A stretch of DNA of 64,000 nt, from contig CBDAQZ010000004.1 in assembly GCA_965199335.1 (NCBI GenBank), positions 448,666-512,665 on the forward strand, given 5' to 3'. The notes beneath the pieces were generated by a model. That model did no database searches. It was not told the DNA's origin and was given only the letters and a program-made list of their open reading frames with translations. The translations under genes and the position numbers were made by a program. The DNA is from Alphaproteobacteria bacterium (GTDB lineage: Bacteria; Pseudomonadota; Alphaproteobacteria; CALMVH01). Of this stretch, positions 51,726 through 61,670 are shown one piece after another. Each line of letters opens with the position of its first letter. Positions within the stretch are counted from its first letter, which is position 1.

Positions 51726-54323
51726 CTAAACCACGATATTCACGATTCGGTTCGGTACCACGATCACCTTCTTCGGCGTCTTTCCGTCCAGGAATTTCTG
51801 CACGTTCTCGTCGGCCAGGGCCTCGGCCTCGACCACGTCGCTGGCGGTGTCGCGCGTCATGTTGATCGTGCCGCGCAGCTTGCCGTTGACCTGTACCGCT
51901 ATCGTCACAGTGTTCGACACCAGCAGGGTCTCGTCGAATTCCGGCCACAGCTCCTCCACCAGCAGCGTGGCGTGGCCGAGGCGCTGCCATAGCTCTTCGG
52001 CCAGATGCGGCATGATCGGGCCGATCATCTTGACCAGCGCCTTGATCGCCTCGTCCAGCGCCGAGGCGCTGGCTTTGGCCAGGTGGTCCTCCAGCACGTT
52101 CGACAATGTGCGGATGCGGGCGACGGCAGCGTTGAAGCGGAACTTGTCGATGTCGTCGGCGACGCCGGCGATGGCGCGGTGTACCGCCTCGCGCAGGATC
52201 TGGTCGGCATCCGAGCTTGCAGGCGCGGTTTCGATCCGCGCGGCGAGGTTGTTGACCAGCCGCCACAGCCGGCCGACATAGCGCCACGAGCCCTCGACCC
52301 CGGCCTCCGTCCATTCGCCGTCGCGCTCGGGCGGGCTGTCGGACAGGATGAACAGGCGGATCGCGTCGGCGCCGTACTTCTCGACGATGATGTTGGGATC
52401 GACCACGTTGCGCTTGGACTTCGACATCTTCTCGATGCGGCCGATCGTCGCCGGCGTGTTGTCGCTGGCGCGGACCAGCGCGCCGTCGTCGGTCTTCACG
52501 ACCTCGTCCGGCTGCAGCCACTTGCCGTCCTGGTCCTTGTAGGTGGCGTGGGTCAGCATGCCGAGCGTGAACAGGGCGGAGAAAGGCTCGTCCGGCCCGT
52601 CGATGAAGCCGGTGTCGCGCAACGCGCGCATGAAGAAACGCGAATACAGCAAATGCAGCACCGCATGCTCGATGCCGCCGACATACTGGTCGACGCCCAT
52701 CCAGTACCCGGCCTTGGCGCGGTCGAACGGCTGATGCTCCTCGTGCGGCGAACAGAAGCGCAGGAAATACCACGAGCTGTCCATGAAGGTGTCGAACGTG
52801 TCGGTCTCGCGCGTGGCCGGCTGGTGGCAGCTGGGGCAGGCGACATGCTTCCAGGTCGGATGGCGGTCCAGCGGATTGCCGGGCATGTCGAAGGTCACGT
52901 CCATCGGCAACGTCACCGGCAGCTGGCCCTCGGGTACCGGCACCACGCCGCAGCTCTTGCAATGGATGATCGGGATGGGGCAGCCCCAGTAGCGCTGGCG
53001 CGATATGCCCCAGTCGCGCAGGCGCCACACGACCGTGCCCTGTCCCTGCCCCATCGCCTCGATCCGGCTTATGGCTTCGGCCTTGGCGTCCTCGATGCTC
53101 ATGCCGTCCAGGAAGTCGGAATGCGCCAGCCTGCCCGGGCCGGTATAGGCTTCCAGATCGATTGTATAGAGGGCCGGGTCGGCGCTTTCCGGTACGACCA
53201 CGGGCTTGACCGGCAGATCGTATTTACGCGCGAAATCCAGGTCGCGCTGGTCGTGCGCGGGGCAGCCGAAGATCGCGCCGGTGCCGTATTCCATCAGCAC
53301 GAAATTGGCGACGTAGACCGGCAGTTCCCAGGTGGGGTCGAAGGGATGCTTCGCCTTCAGCCCGGTGTCAAACCCCAGCTTCTCGGCGGTCTCGAGCGTC
53401 GCGGTCGCGGTGCCCATGCGCCGGCAATCGGCAATGAAGACGGTCAGTCCCTCACTGGTCGCGGCGATCTCCTTGGCCAGCGGATGATCGGGGGAGATCG
53501 CCAGGAACGAGGCGCCGAACAGCGTGTCCGGCCTTGTGGTATAGACCTCGATGCCGTCGGCGCGTTCGGACAGCGCCCATGTCATGCGCAGGCCGGTCGA
53601 GCGTCCGATCCAGTTCTCCTGCATCGTGCGGACGCGCTCGGGCCAGCGGTCCAGCGTCTTGATCGCCTCCAGCAGGTCGTCGGCATAGTCGGTGATACGC
53701 AGCATCCACTGCTCCAGCTCGCGCCGCTCGATCAGCGCGCCCGAGCGCCAGCCGCGGCCCTCGATCACCTGCTCGTTCGCCAGGACGGTGTTGTCGATCG
53801 GGTCCCAGTTGACGAAGGTCTTCTTACGGTAGGCGAGGCCGGCCTTCTGGAAGGCCAGGAACATGCGCTGCTGGTGCTTGTAGTAGCTCGGTTCGCAACT
53901 GGCGAATTCGCGCGTCCAATCGATGGCGAAGCCGATGCTCTTGAACTGCTGGCGCATCGCCGGGATGTTCGAGCGGGTCCATTCCGCCGGGTGGATGCCG
54001 CGCTCCAGCGCCGCATTCTCGGCCGGCAGACCGAAGGCGTCCCAGCCCATCGGGTGCAGCACGTTGTAGCCCTGCGCGCGGCGGAAGCGGGCGAAGATGT
54101 CGCACAGCGTCCAGTTCTTGACGTGGCCCATATGCATGAGGCCCGACGGGTAGGGAAACATGCCGAGCACATAGGATTTCTTGACGCCCGACTTTTCCGT
54201 GGCGACGAAGCTGCCGCGTTCTTCCCACAATTTCTGCCATTTGGCTTCCACGGCGCGGAAATTGTAGCGCTCGATCTCGGGGGTGGTGTCGGTTTTGTTG
54301 TCGCTGGCGTCCATCCGGTTCAC
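51726..54323 (-). CDS. leuS: Leucyl-tRNA synthetase
   Basis: An 865-aa protein with an HMGH-type motif (MHMGHVKNW) and KMSKS. Confidence 0.97.
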   Translation of the reverse strand: MNRMDASDNKTDTTPEIERYNFRAVEAKWQKLWEERGSFVATEKSGVKKSYVLGMFPYPSGLMHMGHVKNWTLCDIFARFRRAQGYNVLHPMGWDAFGLPAENAALERGIHPAEWTRSNIPAMRQQFKSIGFAIDWTREFASCEPSYYKHQQRMFLAFQKAGLAYRKKTFVNWDPIDNTVLANEQVIEGRGWRSGALIERRELEQWMLRITDYADDLLEAIKTLDRWPERVRTMQENWIGRSTGLRMTWALSERADGIEVYTTRPDTLFGASFLAISPDHPLAKEIAATSEGLTVFIADCRRMGTATATLETAEKLGFDTGLKAKHPFDPTWELPVYVANFVLMEYGTGAIFGCPAHDQRDLDFARKYDLPVKPVVVPESADPALYTIDLEAYTGPGRLAHSDFLDGMSIEDAKAEAISRIEAMGQGQGTVVWRLRDWGISRQRYWGCPIPIIHCKSCGVVPVPEGQLPVTLPMDVTFDMPGNPLDRHPTWKHVACPSCHQPATRETDTFDTFMDSSWYFLRFCSPHEEHQPFDRAKAGYWMGVDQYVGGIEHAVLHLLYSRFFMRALRDTGFIDGPDEPFSALFTLGMLTHATYKDQDGKWLQPDEVVKTDDGALVRASDNTPATIGRIEKMSKSKRNVVDPNIIVEKYGADAIRLFILSDSPPERDGEWTEAGVEGSWRYVGRLWRLVNNLAARIETAPASSDADQILREAVHRAIAGVADDIDKFRFNAAVARIRTLSNVLEDHLAKASASALDEAIKALVKMIGPIMPHLAEELWQRLGHATLLVEELWPEFDETLLVSNTVTIAVQVNGKLRGTINMTRDTASDVVEAEALADENVQKFLDGKTPKKVIVVPNRIVNIVV

Positions 54324-54742
54324 TTACCGTCAATTTGGCCGCTGTGCAATTGCTGGGCATAGGCGCCGATCACACGTTCGAGACGCGCGGCGATGGCGGG
54401 ATCGGATGCGACCTCCTGCCAGTCGTCGCCCGCTTGCACCTCGCGCCGCACGCCGACATGGACGGCGGTGGAATAGGGCCGGGCATAGTCCAGCGCGATG
54501 GCGATCCTGAAACGCTGCGTGGCATCGCCATGCGGGGCGCCCCAGGTGGTTTCCACCGTGCCCTCGACGGGGTCGGTTGCCTGCAGGGGCAGGAAGTCCA
54601 CCGTCTCGCGCGCTGCCTGCCACAGATCGGCGTCGAACGGGATCGGCGCGGCGAGGCCCGATTGCGGCAGCGGGGGCCGGGAGCCGCCACAGGCCGCAAG
54701 CACGAAGATCGCAGCCAGCGCTGGTAAATTCCGCAACATCAC
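54320..54742 (-). CDS. Small lipoprotein co-transcribed upstream of leuS
   Basis: Lipobox LAACGG, and a 4-nt overlap with the leuS start. Confidence 0.5.
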   Translation of the reverse strand: MMLRNLPALAAIFVLAACGGSRPPLPQSGLAAPIPFDADLWQAARETVDFLPLQATDPVEGTVETTWGAPHGDATQRFRIAIALDYARPYSTAVHVGVRREVQAGDDWQEVASDPAIAARLERVIGAYAQQLHSGQIDGK

Positions 54743-54755
54743 ATACTTTCAGATC

Positions 54756-55421
54756 ATGTCCCCTGTCGCCGAAAACCTTATAGCGGTCCGCCGCCGCTTG
54801 GAAGCGGCAGCTGCCGCCAGCGGGCGCAGCGCCAACAGCATAACCCTGCTGGCGGTCAGCAAGCTGCAACCGGCGGCGCAGATCCAGGCGGCGCTGGCGG
54901 CGGGACAGCGCGTCTTCGGCGAGAACCGGGTGCAGGAGGCGCAGAAGAAATTTCCGGCGTTACGCGACCGCTATCCCGACCTGAAATTGCACCTGATCGG
55001 GCCGTTGCAGACCAACAAGGTCAAGCAGGCGGTCGCTCTGTTCGATGCCATCCACAGCGTCGACCGGCCGAAGCTGGCCGAAGCGCTGGGGCAGGAGATG
55101 CGGGCGCAGAAGAAACAGGCGGCCTGTTTCATAGAGGTCAATATCGGGCACGAGGCGCAGAAGGCGGGCATAGCGCCCGCGGATGTCGACGCCTTTCTGG
55201 TGCTGTGCAAGGAAAGCTATTGCCTGCCCGTCGCCGGGCTGATGTGCATCCCGCCCGTCGGCAGCGATCCAAGGCCGTATTTCGACGAGCTGGCCGAGCT
55301 GGCGCGGCGGTGCCGCGTGTCGTGCCTCAGCATGGGGATGAGCGGGGATTTCGAGATCGCCGTCGCGGCGGGAGCGACGCATGTGCGCGTCGGTACGGCG
55401 ATTTTCGGCGACCGGGTCTAG
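54756..55421 (+). CDS. yggS: YggS-family PLP-binding (PLP homeostasis) protein
   Basis: TLLAVSKLQP...GENRVQE...HLIGPLQTNK are alanine-racemase-N-fold YggS motifs. Confidence 0.85.
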   Translation: MSPVAENLIAVRRRLEAAAAASGRSANSITLLAVSKLQPAAQIQAALAAGQRVFGENRVQEAQKKFPALRDRYPDLKLHLIGPLQTNKVKQAVALFDAIHSVDRPKLAEALGQEMRAQKKQAACFIEVNIGHEAQKAGIAPADVDAFLVLCKESYCLPVAGLMCIPPVGSDPRPYFDELAELARRCRVSCLSMGMSGDFEIAVAAGATHVRVGTAIFGDRV

Positions 55422-55710
55422 ACCAGGATATCGCGGATCTGACCGCGCGTCGTCTGGCTCGGCACCGTGGCCGATGGATCGCGGCGCGCCTGACCCTGGG
55501 CGGGACGGCCCCTGTTGTCCCGGCGTTGCGGCGAGCCGTTGCGCGGGGCAACGCCGGTGACGGTCGCAACGGTGTAGGCATCCGTCTCAACGGAGGCGGG
55601 TGCGCTCAAGGCCGGGTTAAGAGTCACGGTTAAGAATGACATAAAATGAATGTAGCATTTACTATAAACGAAAGCAAAGCTTTTCGCCGGTTTCGGCCCG
55701 TTCAGGTCAT

Positions 55711-55747
55711 AAAAAAAACCAGGCCCCCGAAGGAGCCTGGTTCTTTT
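55711..55747 (-). terminator. Rho-independent (bidirectional) terminator after flagellin copy 1
   Basis: The sequence is aaaaaaaaccaggcccccgaaggagcctggttctttt. Confidence 0.75.
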
Positions 55748-56963
55748 GTTTCGACGTTTGCCGGTTCGGACCCGGCCGTTGTCGTTTCCGGATCAACCGC
55801 CCTTGAAGAGGCTGAGGATGTTGGAAGGCTGCGAGTTCGCGATCGACAGCGACTGCGTGGCCAGCTGCTGCTGGGTCTGCAATGCGGTCAGCTGCGCGCT
55901 GGCGGTTGCCAGATCGGCGTCCACCAGGTTACCGAGGCCGGTGTTGGCCGCGTCGCTGAGGTTCTGTACGAAGGTGATCTGCAGCTGGATGTTGCTGTTG
56001 TCCGCACCCAGACCGCCCAGGGCAGCGTTGACCTGGTTGGTGAAGTTGGACAAGGCGGCACCGAACACGGAGGTGCCCAGCGCACCGGTCTGAGCGGTCT
56101 GGTAGGCACTTGCCGAGTTGCTGACGGCAGCCAGGGCCGCGACGGCTTCGAACTGGTTGATCTCCGAACGAGAAATCAGGCCGCTTGCATTGGTTGCCAG
56201 GAATGCACTGGCAACCTGATCGTAGGTTGCGCCGGTTGCACCACCCGTGATGGTCGCCACCTGGTATACCAGACGGGCCAGACCCAGGAAGCCGTCGGTG
56301 CCGGCAGTGCCGCCCGTCAGATCCTGCGAATGGATGGTCAGCGATGCGCCATTCAGGCCGGACAGCACGTTCACGCTGGCCGGTGTTGAGAACGACGTGA
56401 AGCCGCCGTTGGTTACCGAGAACGTACCCTGGCTTGCGGCCAACAGGTTGATGCCGTTGTAGCTTGCGCCAGTGATAAAGGTCTGCACCTCATCGACCTG
56501 CGACTTCAGGTTTGCCGTGTAAGTCTGGCGCTGCTGGTCGCTGATGCTGCCGTCCGAAAGCTGCGTCAGGCTCTGCGTGATGTTGGTCAGCAGGTTCGAT
56601 ACCGCCGTAGCGCCGGTGATGGCGACGTTGGTCAGGCTCTGACCGTCGTTCAGCGCGGTGTTGACGGAGTCGTAGGCGGCCAGGTTGGACCTGACACCCT
56701 GAGCGACGGCGAAAACGGCTGCGTTGTCCTGTGCGCCGGCAACCTTGTCACCGGTCGAAACTTCGTTCTCGACCTTGTTCAGGTTGGTCTGGATGGAGGA
56801 GAGGCTTTTCAGCGCGATTTGCGCGCCGACATTTGTATTGATCGAAAAATTGGACATGACTGGCTCCCTTTCTGGTAGAGCTATGTAAACCGCCTCCGAA
56901 CAGGCGGAATCGCTTCTGCGATAGGAAGGATGATAGGTTACGCGTGTTAAATAACAGTAAAGT
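55713..56963. repeat. Tandem duplication unit 1: terminator, flagellin and promoter/5' UTR, about 1.25 kb
   Basis: Near-identical to 57547-58801, except for the central variable region of the flagellin. Confidence 0.85.
55793..56857 (-). CDS. fliC: Flagellin
   Basis: Conserved N-terminal D0/D1 (MSNFSINTNVGAQIAL...LSSGDKVAGAQDNAA) and C-terminal ...NILSLFKGG. Confidence 0.95.
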   Translation of the reverse strand: MSNFSINTNVGAQIALKSLSSIQTNLNKVENEVSTGDKVAGAQDNAAVFAVAQGVRSNLAAYDSVNTALNDGQSLTNVAITGATAVSNLLTNITQSLTQLSDGSISDQQRQTYTANLKSQVDEVQTFITGASYNGINLLAASQGTFSVTNGGFTSFSTPASVNVLSGLNGASLTIHSQDLTGGTAGTDGFLGLARLVYQVATITGGATGATYDQVASAFLATNASGLISRSEINQFEAVAALAAVSNSASAYQTAQTGALGTSVFGAALSNFTNQVNAALGGLGADNSNIQLQITFVQNLSDAANTGLGNLVDADLATASAQLTALQTQQQLATQSLSIANSQPSNILSLFKGG

Positions 56964-57005
56964 TGTATTCGCTAAGCCAATCAGGTGAATTTAAAGGACG
57001 ATGAC

Positions 57006-57527
57006 ATGACAAATGAGATCAAGCTTCACATCGGTGGCCAGCAGCCCAAGGAAGGCTGGAAAATCCTGAATATAATGGCAGGTCCCGATGTCGACATCAC
57101 AGGTTCGTGTACCGATCTTTCTCTGTTTCCGGACGGTAGCGTTGACGAGGTTTATGCCAGCCACGTTTTGGAACATCTCAATGCACAAGAAATCACAATC
57201 GCCATGGCGGAAATATCCCGTGTCATGAAACCGGGCGGTGTGCTCAAAGGCAGCGTTCCCGACATGAATGTACTGTGTCGTCTCTATATGGAGGCAATCG
57301 AGCGCCCCGCTGAGCAGGTCAAAATCATGCACATGATTTACGGCGGCCATGTCAATGAGTTCGATATCCACCACTTCGGTTTCAATTTTACCGTGATGGC
57401 GGCGATGCTAGGGCGGGCAGGTTTTTCCCGTATCGACCAAGTCGATTTTTTGAACGAGTTCACTGACACTAGCTCACTCACATTCAACGGTGTGCTGATC
57501 AGCCTGAACTTCATAGCGACAAAATAA
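57006..57527 (+). CDS. Small class I SAM-dependent methyltransferase (Methyltransf_11-like) embedded between the two flagellin genes
   Basis: LHIGGQQPKEGWKILNI...DLSLFPDGSVDEVYASHVLEHL is a SAM-MTase motif I / post-I pattern. The segment is lower in GC. Start set at the ATG after an RBS; the ORF is annotated from a GTG at 56985. Confidence 0.6.
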   Translation: MTNEIKLHIGGQQPKEGWKILNIMAGPDVDITGSCTDLSLFPDGSVDEVYASHVLEHLNAQEITIAMAEISRVMKPGGVLKGSVPDMNVLCRLYMEAIERPAEQVKIMHMIYGGHVNEFDIHHFGFNFTVMAAMLGRAGFSRIDQVDFLNEFTDTSSLTFNGVLISLNFIATK

Positions 57528-57544
57528 GAGCCTGACCGAGCCAA

Positions 57545-57581
57545 TAAAAAAACCAGGCCCCCGAAGGAGCCTGGTTCTTTT
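57545..57581 (-). terminator. Rho-independent terminator after flagellin copy 2
   Basis: Identical hairpin to the one at 55711. Confidence 0.75.
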
Positions 57582-58801
57582 GTTTCGACGTTTGCCGGTT
57601 CGGACCCGGCCGTTGTCGTTTCCGGATCAACCGCCCTTGAAGAGGCTGAGGATGTTGGAAGGCTGCGAGTTCGCGATCGACAGCGACTGCGTGGCCAGCT
57701 GCTGCTGGGTCTGCAATGCGGTCAGCTGCGCGCTGGCGGTTGCCAGATCGGCGTCCACCAGGTTACCGAGGCCGGTGTTGGCCGCGTCGCTGAGGTTCTG
57801 TACGAAGGTGATCTGCAGCTGGATGTTGCTGTTGTCCGCACCCAGACCGCCCAGGGCAGCGTTGACCTGGTTGGTGAAGTTTGCGAGAGCGGCACCGAAC
57901 ACGGAGTTGCCCAGCGTACCGGTCTGAGCGGTCTGGTAGGCACTTGCCGAGTTGCTGACGGCAGCCAGGGCCGCGACGGCTTCGAACTGGTTGATCTCCG
58001 AACGAGAGATCAAGCCACTTGTGTTGTTGGCGAGGAACGCGGAGGTAACCGTGTCGTTGCCGGTAACAGTAGCTGCGACCGAACCGGTTGCAGTCGCCAC
58101 CTGGTATACCAGACGGGCCAGACCCAGGAAGCCGTCGGTGCCGGCAGTGCCGCCCGTCAGATCCTGCGAGTGGATGGTCAGCGATGCGCCGCTCAGGCCG
58201 GACAGCACGTTCACGCTGGCCGGTGTTGAGAACGACGTGAAGCCGCCGTTGGTTACCGAGAACGTACCCTGGCTTGCGGCCAACAGGTTGATGCCGTTGT
58301 AGCTTGCGCCAGTGATAAAGGTCTGCACCTCATCGACCTGCGACTTCAGGTTTGCCGTGTAAGTCTGGCGCTGCTGGTCGCTGATGCTGCCGTCCGAAAG
58401 CTGCGTCAGGCTCTGCGTGATGTTGGTCAGCAGGTTCGATACCGCCGTAGCGCCGGTGATGGCGACGTTGGTCAGGCTCTGACCGTCGTTCAGCGCGGTG
58501 TTGACGGAGTCGTAGGCGGCCAGGTTGGACCTGACACCCTGAGCGACGGCGAAAACGGCTGCGTTGTCCTGTGCGCCGGCAACCTTGTCACCGGTCGAAA
58601 CTTCGTTCTCGACCTTGTTCAGGTTGGTCTGGATGGAGGAGAGGCTTCTTAGCGCGATTTGCGCGCCGACATTTGTATTGATCGAAAAATTGGACATGAC
58701 TGGCTCCCTTTCTGGTAGAGCTATGTAAACCGCCTCCGAACAGGCGGAATCGCTTCTGCGATAGGAAGGATGATAGGTTACGCGTGTTAAATAACAGTAA
58801 A
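57547..58801. repeat. Tandem duplication unit 2: terminator, flagellin and promoter/5' UTR
   Basis: See unit 1. Confidence 0.85.
57627..58697 (-). CDS. fliC: Flagellin, a second copy with a divergent central domain
   Basis: A 356-aa protein identical to copy 1 except around QVATATGSVAATVTGNDTVTSAFLANNTSG. Confidence 0.95.
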   Translation of the reverse strand: MSNFSINTNVGAQIALRSLSSIQTNLNKVENEVSTGDKVAGAQDNAAVFAVAQGVRSNLAAYDSVNTALNDGQSLTNVAITGATAVSNLLTNITQSLTQLSDGSISDQQRQTYTANLKSQVDEVQTFITGASYNGINLLAASQGTFSVTNGGFTSFSTPASVNVLSGLSGASLTIHSQDLTGGTAGTDGFLGLARLVYQVATATGSVAATVTGNDTVTSAFLANNTSGLISRSEINQFEAVAALAAVSNSASAYQTAQTGTLGNSVFGAALANFTNQVNAALGGLGADNSNIQLQITFVQNLSDAANTGLGNLVDADLATASAQLTALQTQQQLATQSLSIANSQPSNILSLFKGG

Positions 58802-58839
58802 GCTATGGAAGCCATTTCCTCTGGTCGCGGAGACATGCC

Positions 58840-60357
58840 TTGGTGAACCAGGCCCCCCTTTCCACACTCGCACTGGAATTGTCCGATCCTTTCAGGATAG
58901 TGGTCGAAAACCGGCTGGACTCGATGAGTCCTTATATCCTGCTCGAACAGGAGACCTGGTTCGAGGCCGATGCGGGGTTCGTACGTGCATTCCTGAAGCC
59001 CGGAATGCACGTTGTCGATATCGGCACGAATTGCGGGTTCTATACGCTTCTGGCGGCGGAAAAAGTTGGATCGGACGGGCATGTCTGGGGATTCGAGCCC
59101 GGCCTGGTTCCGGCGCGGCTGCTAAAGGAGTCGATAGCTGTGAACGGCTTTTCCAATATAACGCTCTATGAAGCCGCCGCAGGTCCGGAGGCCGGATCGG
59201 CATGGTTCACGGACAACAATTTTTCCGAACTGAGCGCGATCGCTCCCTCCGGCACGCCAGGCACGCGCGAAGTCAAGGTGGATAGCCTCGATCGTCTGCA
59301 TGCCGCAAAGGAAATCGATGCCGTCGACTTCATCAAGATCGATGCGGAGGGATTCGAGGAACAGGTCATTCTCGGCGGTAAGAATTTCTTCGCGCTGGAA
59401 AATCCGGTCGTGATGATGGAGGTCATGTCCGAGACCACGGACATGCGAGCCGCCGACATGCTGAAAGCCCAGGGCTACCAGCAATATCGTTACGTGCCGG
59501 AGGTTGGCTGCCTGGTTCCGCTGCTGATAGGAAAGCTTGGGGACTTTCTGCTCAATGTATTCCTGTGCAAGCCTGAAAAAGCAGAGGAATTGCGGACGGC
59601 GGGATTGTTGCTGACTGATGACGACCTGGACAAACCCTATCCAGCGGCGGACGCGTCCCTGTTCATCGATTATTTCAAGAACCTGCCCGTATTCGCCTCC
59701 TGCCCATCGCTGGCGGCCATGATTCCGGCGATGGATCAGGACGGAATCGGCTATGGTGTCATGTGCGCGGAATACCTTATGTCGCGGGATAGCACATTCC
59801 CGGTTGCGGAACGTTACGTGCGCCTGGCGCGGGCTGAAAAATGGGGCGACTTGAATTTCAGGAACGACCTGCCGCACAGCGTTATCCTGAGCTTCGTCCG
59901 CGTGCTGGCGGCTTGCGGGCGTTTCCAACTGGTGGTCGGCCTGCTGGGCATGGTCAGCAACGCCGCAACCAATATTTCCCCGGTCATTCAATACCCATTC
60001 CTGCCCCTGTCGATACGATGGGAAAGCCTGCCGGCACATGATGGAAATTTTCTGCGATGGCTTTTGCTTATGATCATCGACGAGGCAGAGATGCTGCGCA
60101 GCGCGTCCTCCTTCTATGAACCAAGCGGCACGCGCTCTGCTTACGATCAGCTTCTGGGAACGGAGTATCTGAGCGAAGCGCTGGAACGGCGCGCGGCCCT
60201 GCTGGAACTGATCAGAGGATCTTCTGAATTTCAGCGGCCCGCTTTTATTGCGGGCCCGGTTGCGCGCAATCGGGATATCTGGAATGAAATCGCAGCCAGG
60301 CTGGCCCGGAGCGAACGCAGGATCTCATCGCTCGACGCCGGACGAAGCCTGGCCTGA
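58840..60357 (+). CDS. FkbM-family methyltransferase with a roughly 250-aa C-terminal domain of unknown function
   Basis: HVVDIGTNCGFYTLLAA...VDFIKIDAEGFEEQVILG matches the FkbM domain. Start uncertain: TTG at 58840 or Met at 58924. Confidence 0.65.
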   Translation: MVNQAPLSTLALELSDPFRIVVENRLDSMSPYILLEQETWFEADAGFVRAFLKPGMHVVDIGTNCGFYTLLAAEKVGSDGHVWGFEPGLVPARLLKESIAVNGFSNITLYEAAAGPEAGSAWFTDNNFSELSAIAPSGTPGTREVKVDSLDRLHAAKEIDAVDFIKIDAEGFEEQVILGGKNFFALENPVVMMEVMSETTDMRAADMLKAQGYQQYRYVPEVGCLVPLLIGKLGDFLLNVFLCKPEKAEELRTAGLLLTDDDLDKPYPAADASLFIDYFKNLPVFASCPSLAAMIPAMDQDGIGYGVMCAEYLMSRDSTFPVAERYVRLARAEKWGDLNFRNDLPHSVILSFVRVLAACGRFQLVVGLLGMVSNAATNISPVIQYPFLPLSIRWESLPAHDGNFLRWLLLMIIDEAEMLRSASSFYEPSGTRSAYDQLLGTEYLSEALERRAALLELIRGSSEFQRPAFIAGPVARNRDIWNEIAARLARSERRISSLDAGRSLA

Positions 60358-60367
60358 ACCGTAAGGA

Positions 60368-60757
60368 TCAGACGGTTTCGGAAATGATCGGTTTGGCCGG
60401 GGCGGTCGCAGGGGGAGCCACAGCGGCGGCCGGCGCTGCCGCAGGCGTTTTCTGATCCGCAGTCGAAGCGATCGTTTCCACGATGGCGTTTTGCGCCGGT
60501 GCGGTGGTGTCGTCCTGCTTCTCGCTGTGCTGCGAATATGCCTTGATATCCTTTTCCGATGGATACTGGTTTATGACCGCACCTGTCGATGAGTTGCGAT
60601 ATTCAAGCACATCGGTTCCGGACTTTGGATCGATGATCAAAGCAGGGCTGAAATAGAAGGCCTGCTCCGCGACGGGCGCTTGCGCCTTTTGCGTATCCAG
60701 TGCCGCCTTCGCGATCGGTTGGGCCACTTCCGTGCCCTGAATTGATGATATGATCAT
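60368..60757 (-). CDS. flaG: FlaG-like flagellar protein
   Basis: A protein of about 129 aa with a FlaG-like core (FYFSPALIIDPKSGTDVLEYRNSSTGAVINQYPSEKDI) and an Ala/Pro-rich tail. Confidence 0.4.
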   Translation of the reverse strand: MIISSIQGTEVAQPIAKAALDTQKAQAPVAEQAFYFSPALIIDPKSGTDVLEYRNSSTGAVINQYPSEKDIKAYSQHSEKQDDTTAPAQNAIVETIASTADQKTPAAAPAAAVAPPATAPAKPIISETV

Positions 60758-61143
60758 CTTATTTCTCCACGAACATTCTGGTCGTTACGATATATCTATA
60801 ACAACACTCAAATAATGTCAATAACTTTCTGCAACTTCTTTCATGAACCCTGCAACCGGAGGCTTATACCACAGAAATTTCCTGTCATATATATAGTTTA
60901 GAGAGTGACGGCATGTTCATCGCAGGCGCGCACGCGATGCATGTATGGTCCAGGGCAGTGGAAGAAGCGCTTGGAGGAACAACTTAAAATGCTTTCTTTT
61001 TTTGATCTTTATTTATTCCGACACAAGAAGAAACTTGCATAAAATTGAATGTTTTCCTCGTAACTACTTGGCAACAGTTATTTAGCACCTTTTTAAAGGG
61101 AAATGCGTAAGCTGTCCTCATTACAGAAGCGAGGGCAAAGAAA

Positions 61144-61524
61144 ATGACCACCATGACCACAGGACCAGAACAGACGCCTCTGAGAATCGTATTCGGCCCG
61201 GAAGGCAAGCCGCTGACGATCGACGATCTGCCACCTGCAGACACCAAGCGCTGGGTTACCAAGCGCAAGGCAAGCCTTGTCGCCTGCATTCGCGCAGGAT
61301 TGCTGACCTTGGACGAGGCCTGCGAACGTTACTCGCTTTCGGTCGAGGAATTCCAGTCCTGGCAGATGCTGATCGAAAATCACGGCTTGCGCGGTTTGCG
61401 CGCCACCCGGATCCAGCATTACCGCCCGGCATGGACTGCGCCGCAAAAGCCAGTCGAACGCGGTATGAAAAACTATCTGCAACTGGTTCAGCAAAACGAA
61501 CAGACTCAAGAAGAACATTTATAA
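61144..61524 (+). CDS. DUF1153-like small protein upstream of fliF
   Basis: RWVTKRKASLVACIRAGLLTLDEACERYSLSVEEFQSWQ resembles DUF1153. Confidence 0.4.
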   Translation: MTTMTTGPEQTPLRIVFGPEGKPLTIDDLPPADTKRWVTKRKASLVACIRAGLLTLDEACERYSLSVEEFQSWQMLIENHGLRGLRATRIQHYRPAWTAPQKPVERGMKNYLQLVQQNEQTQEEHL

Positions 61525-61670
61525 ATCGAAAGACTTTATAAAGGAAAAAGGGTCAATCGACCGGTAAATAAAAGAGTAGGCAAAAATTTCCTATGCTTAA
61601 CCGGCTTTTTACCTAACTGGCTAGACACTCACCGGACAGATCGAGGAAACAGAATACTCGCGAGGGTCCG

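Noticed and set aside
52005-54362. A 785-aa plus-strand ORF inside leuS
   Set aside because: Antisense to leuS. Its composition is Arg/Ala/Gly-dominated and it is not a real gene.
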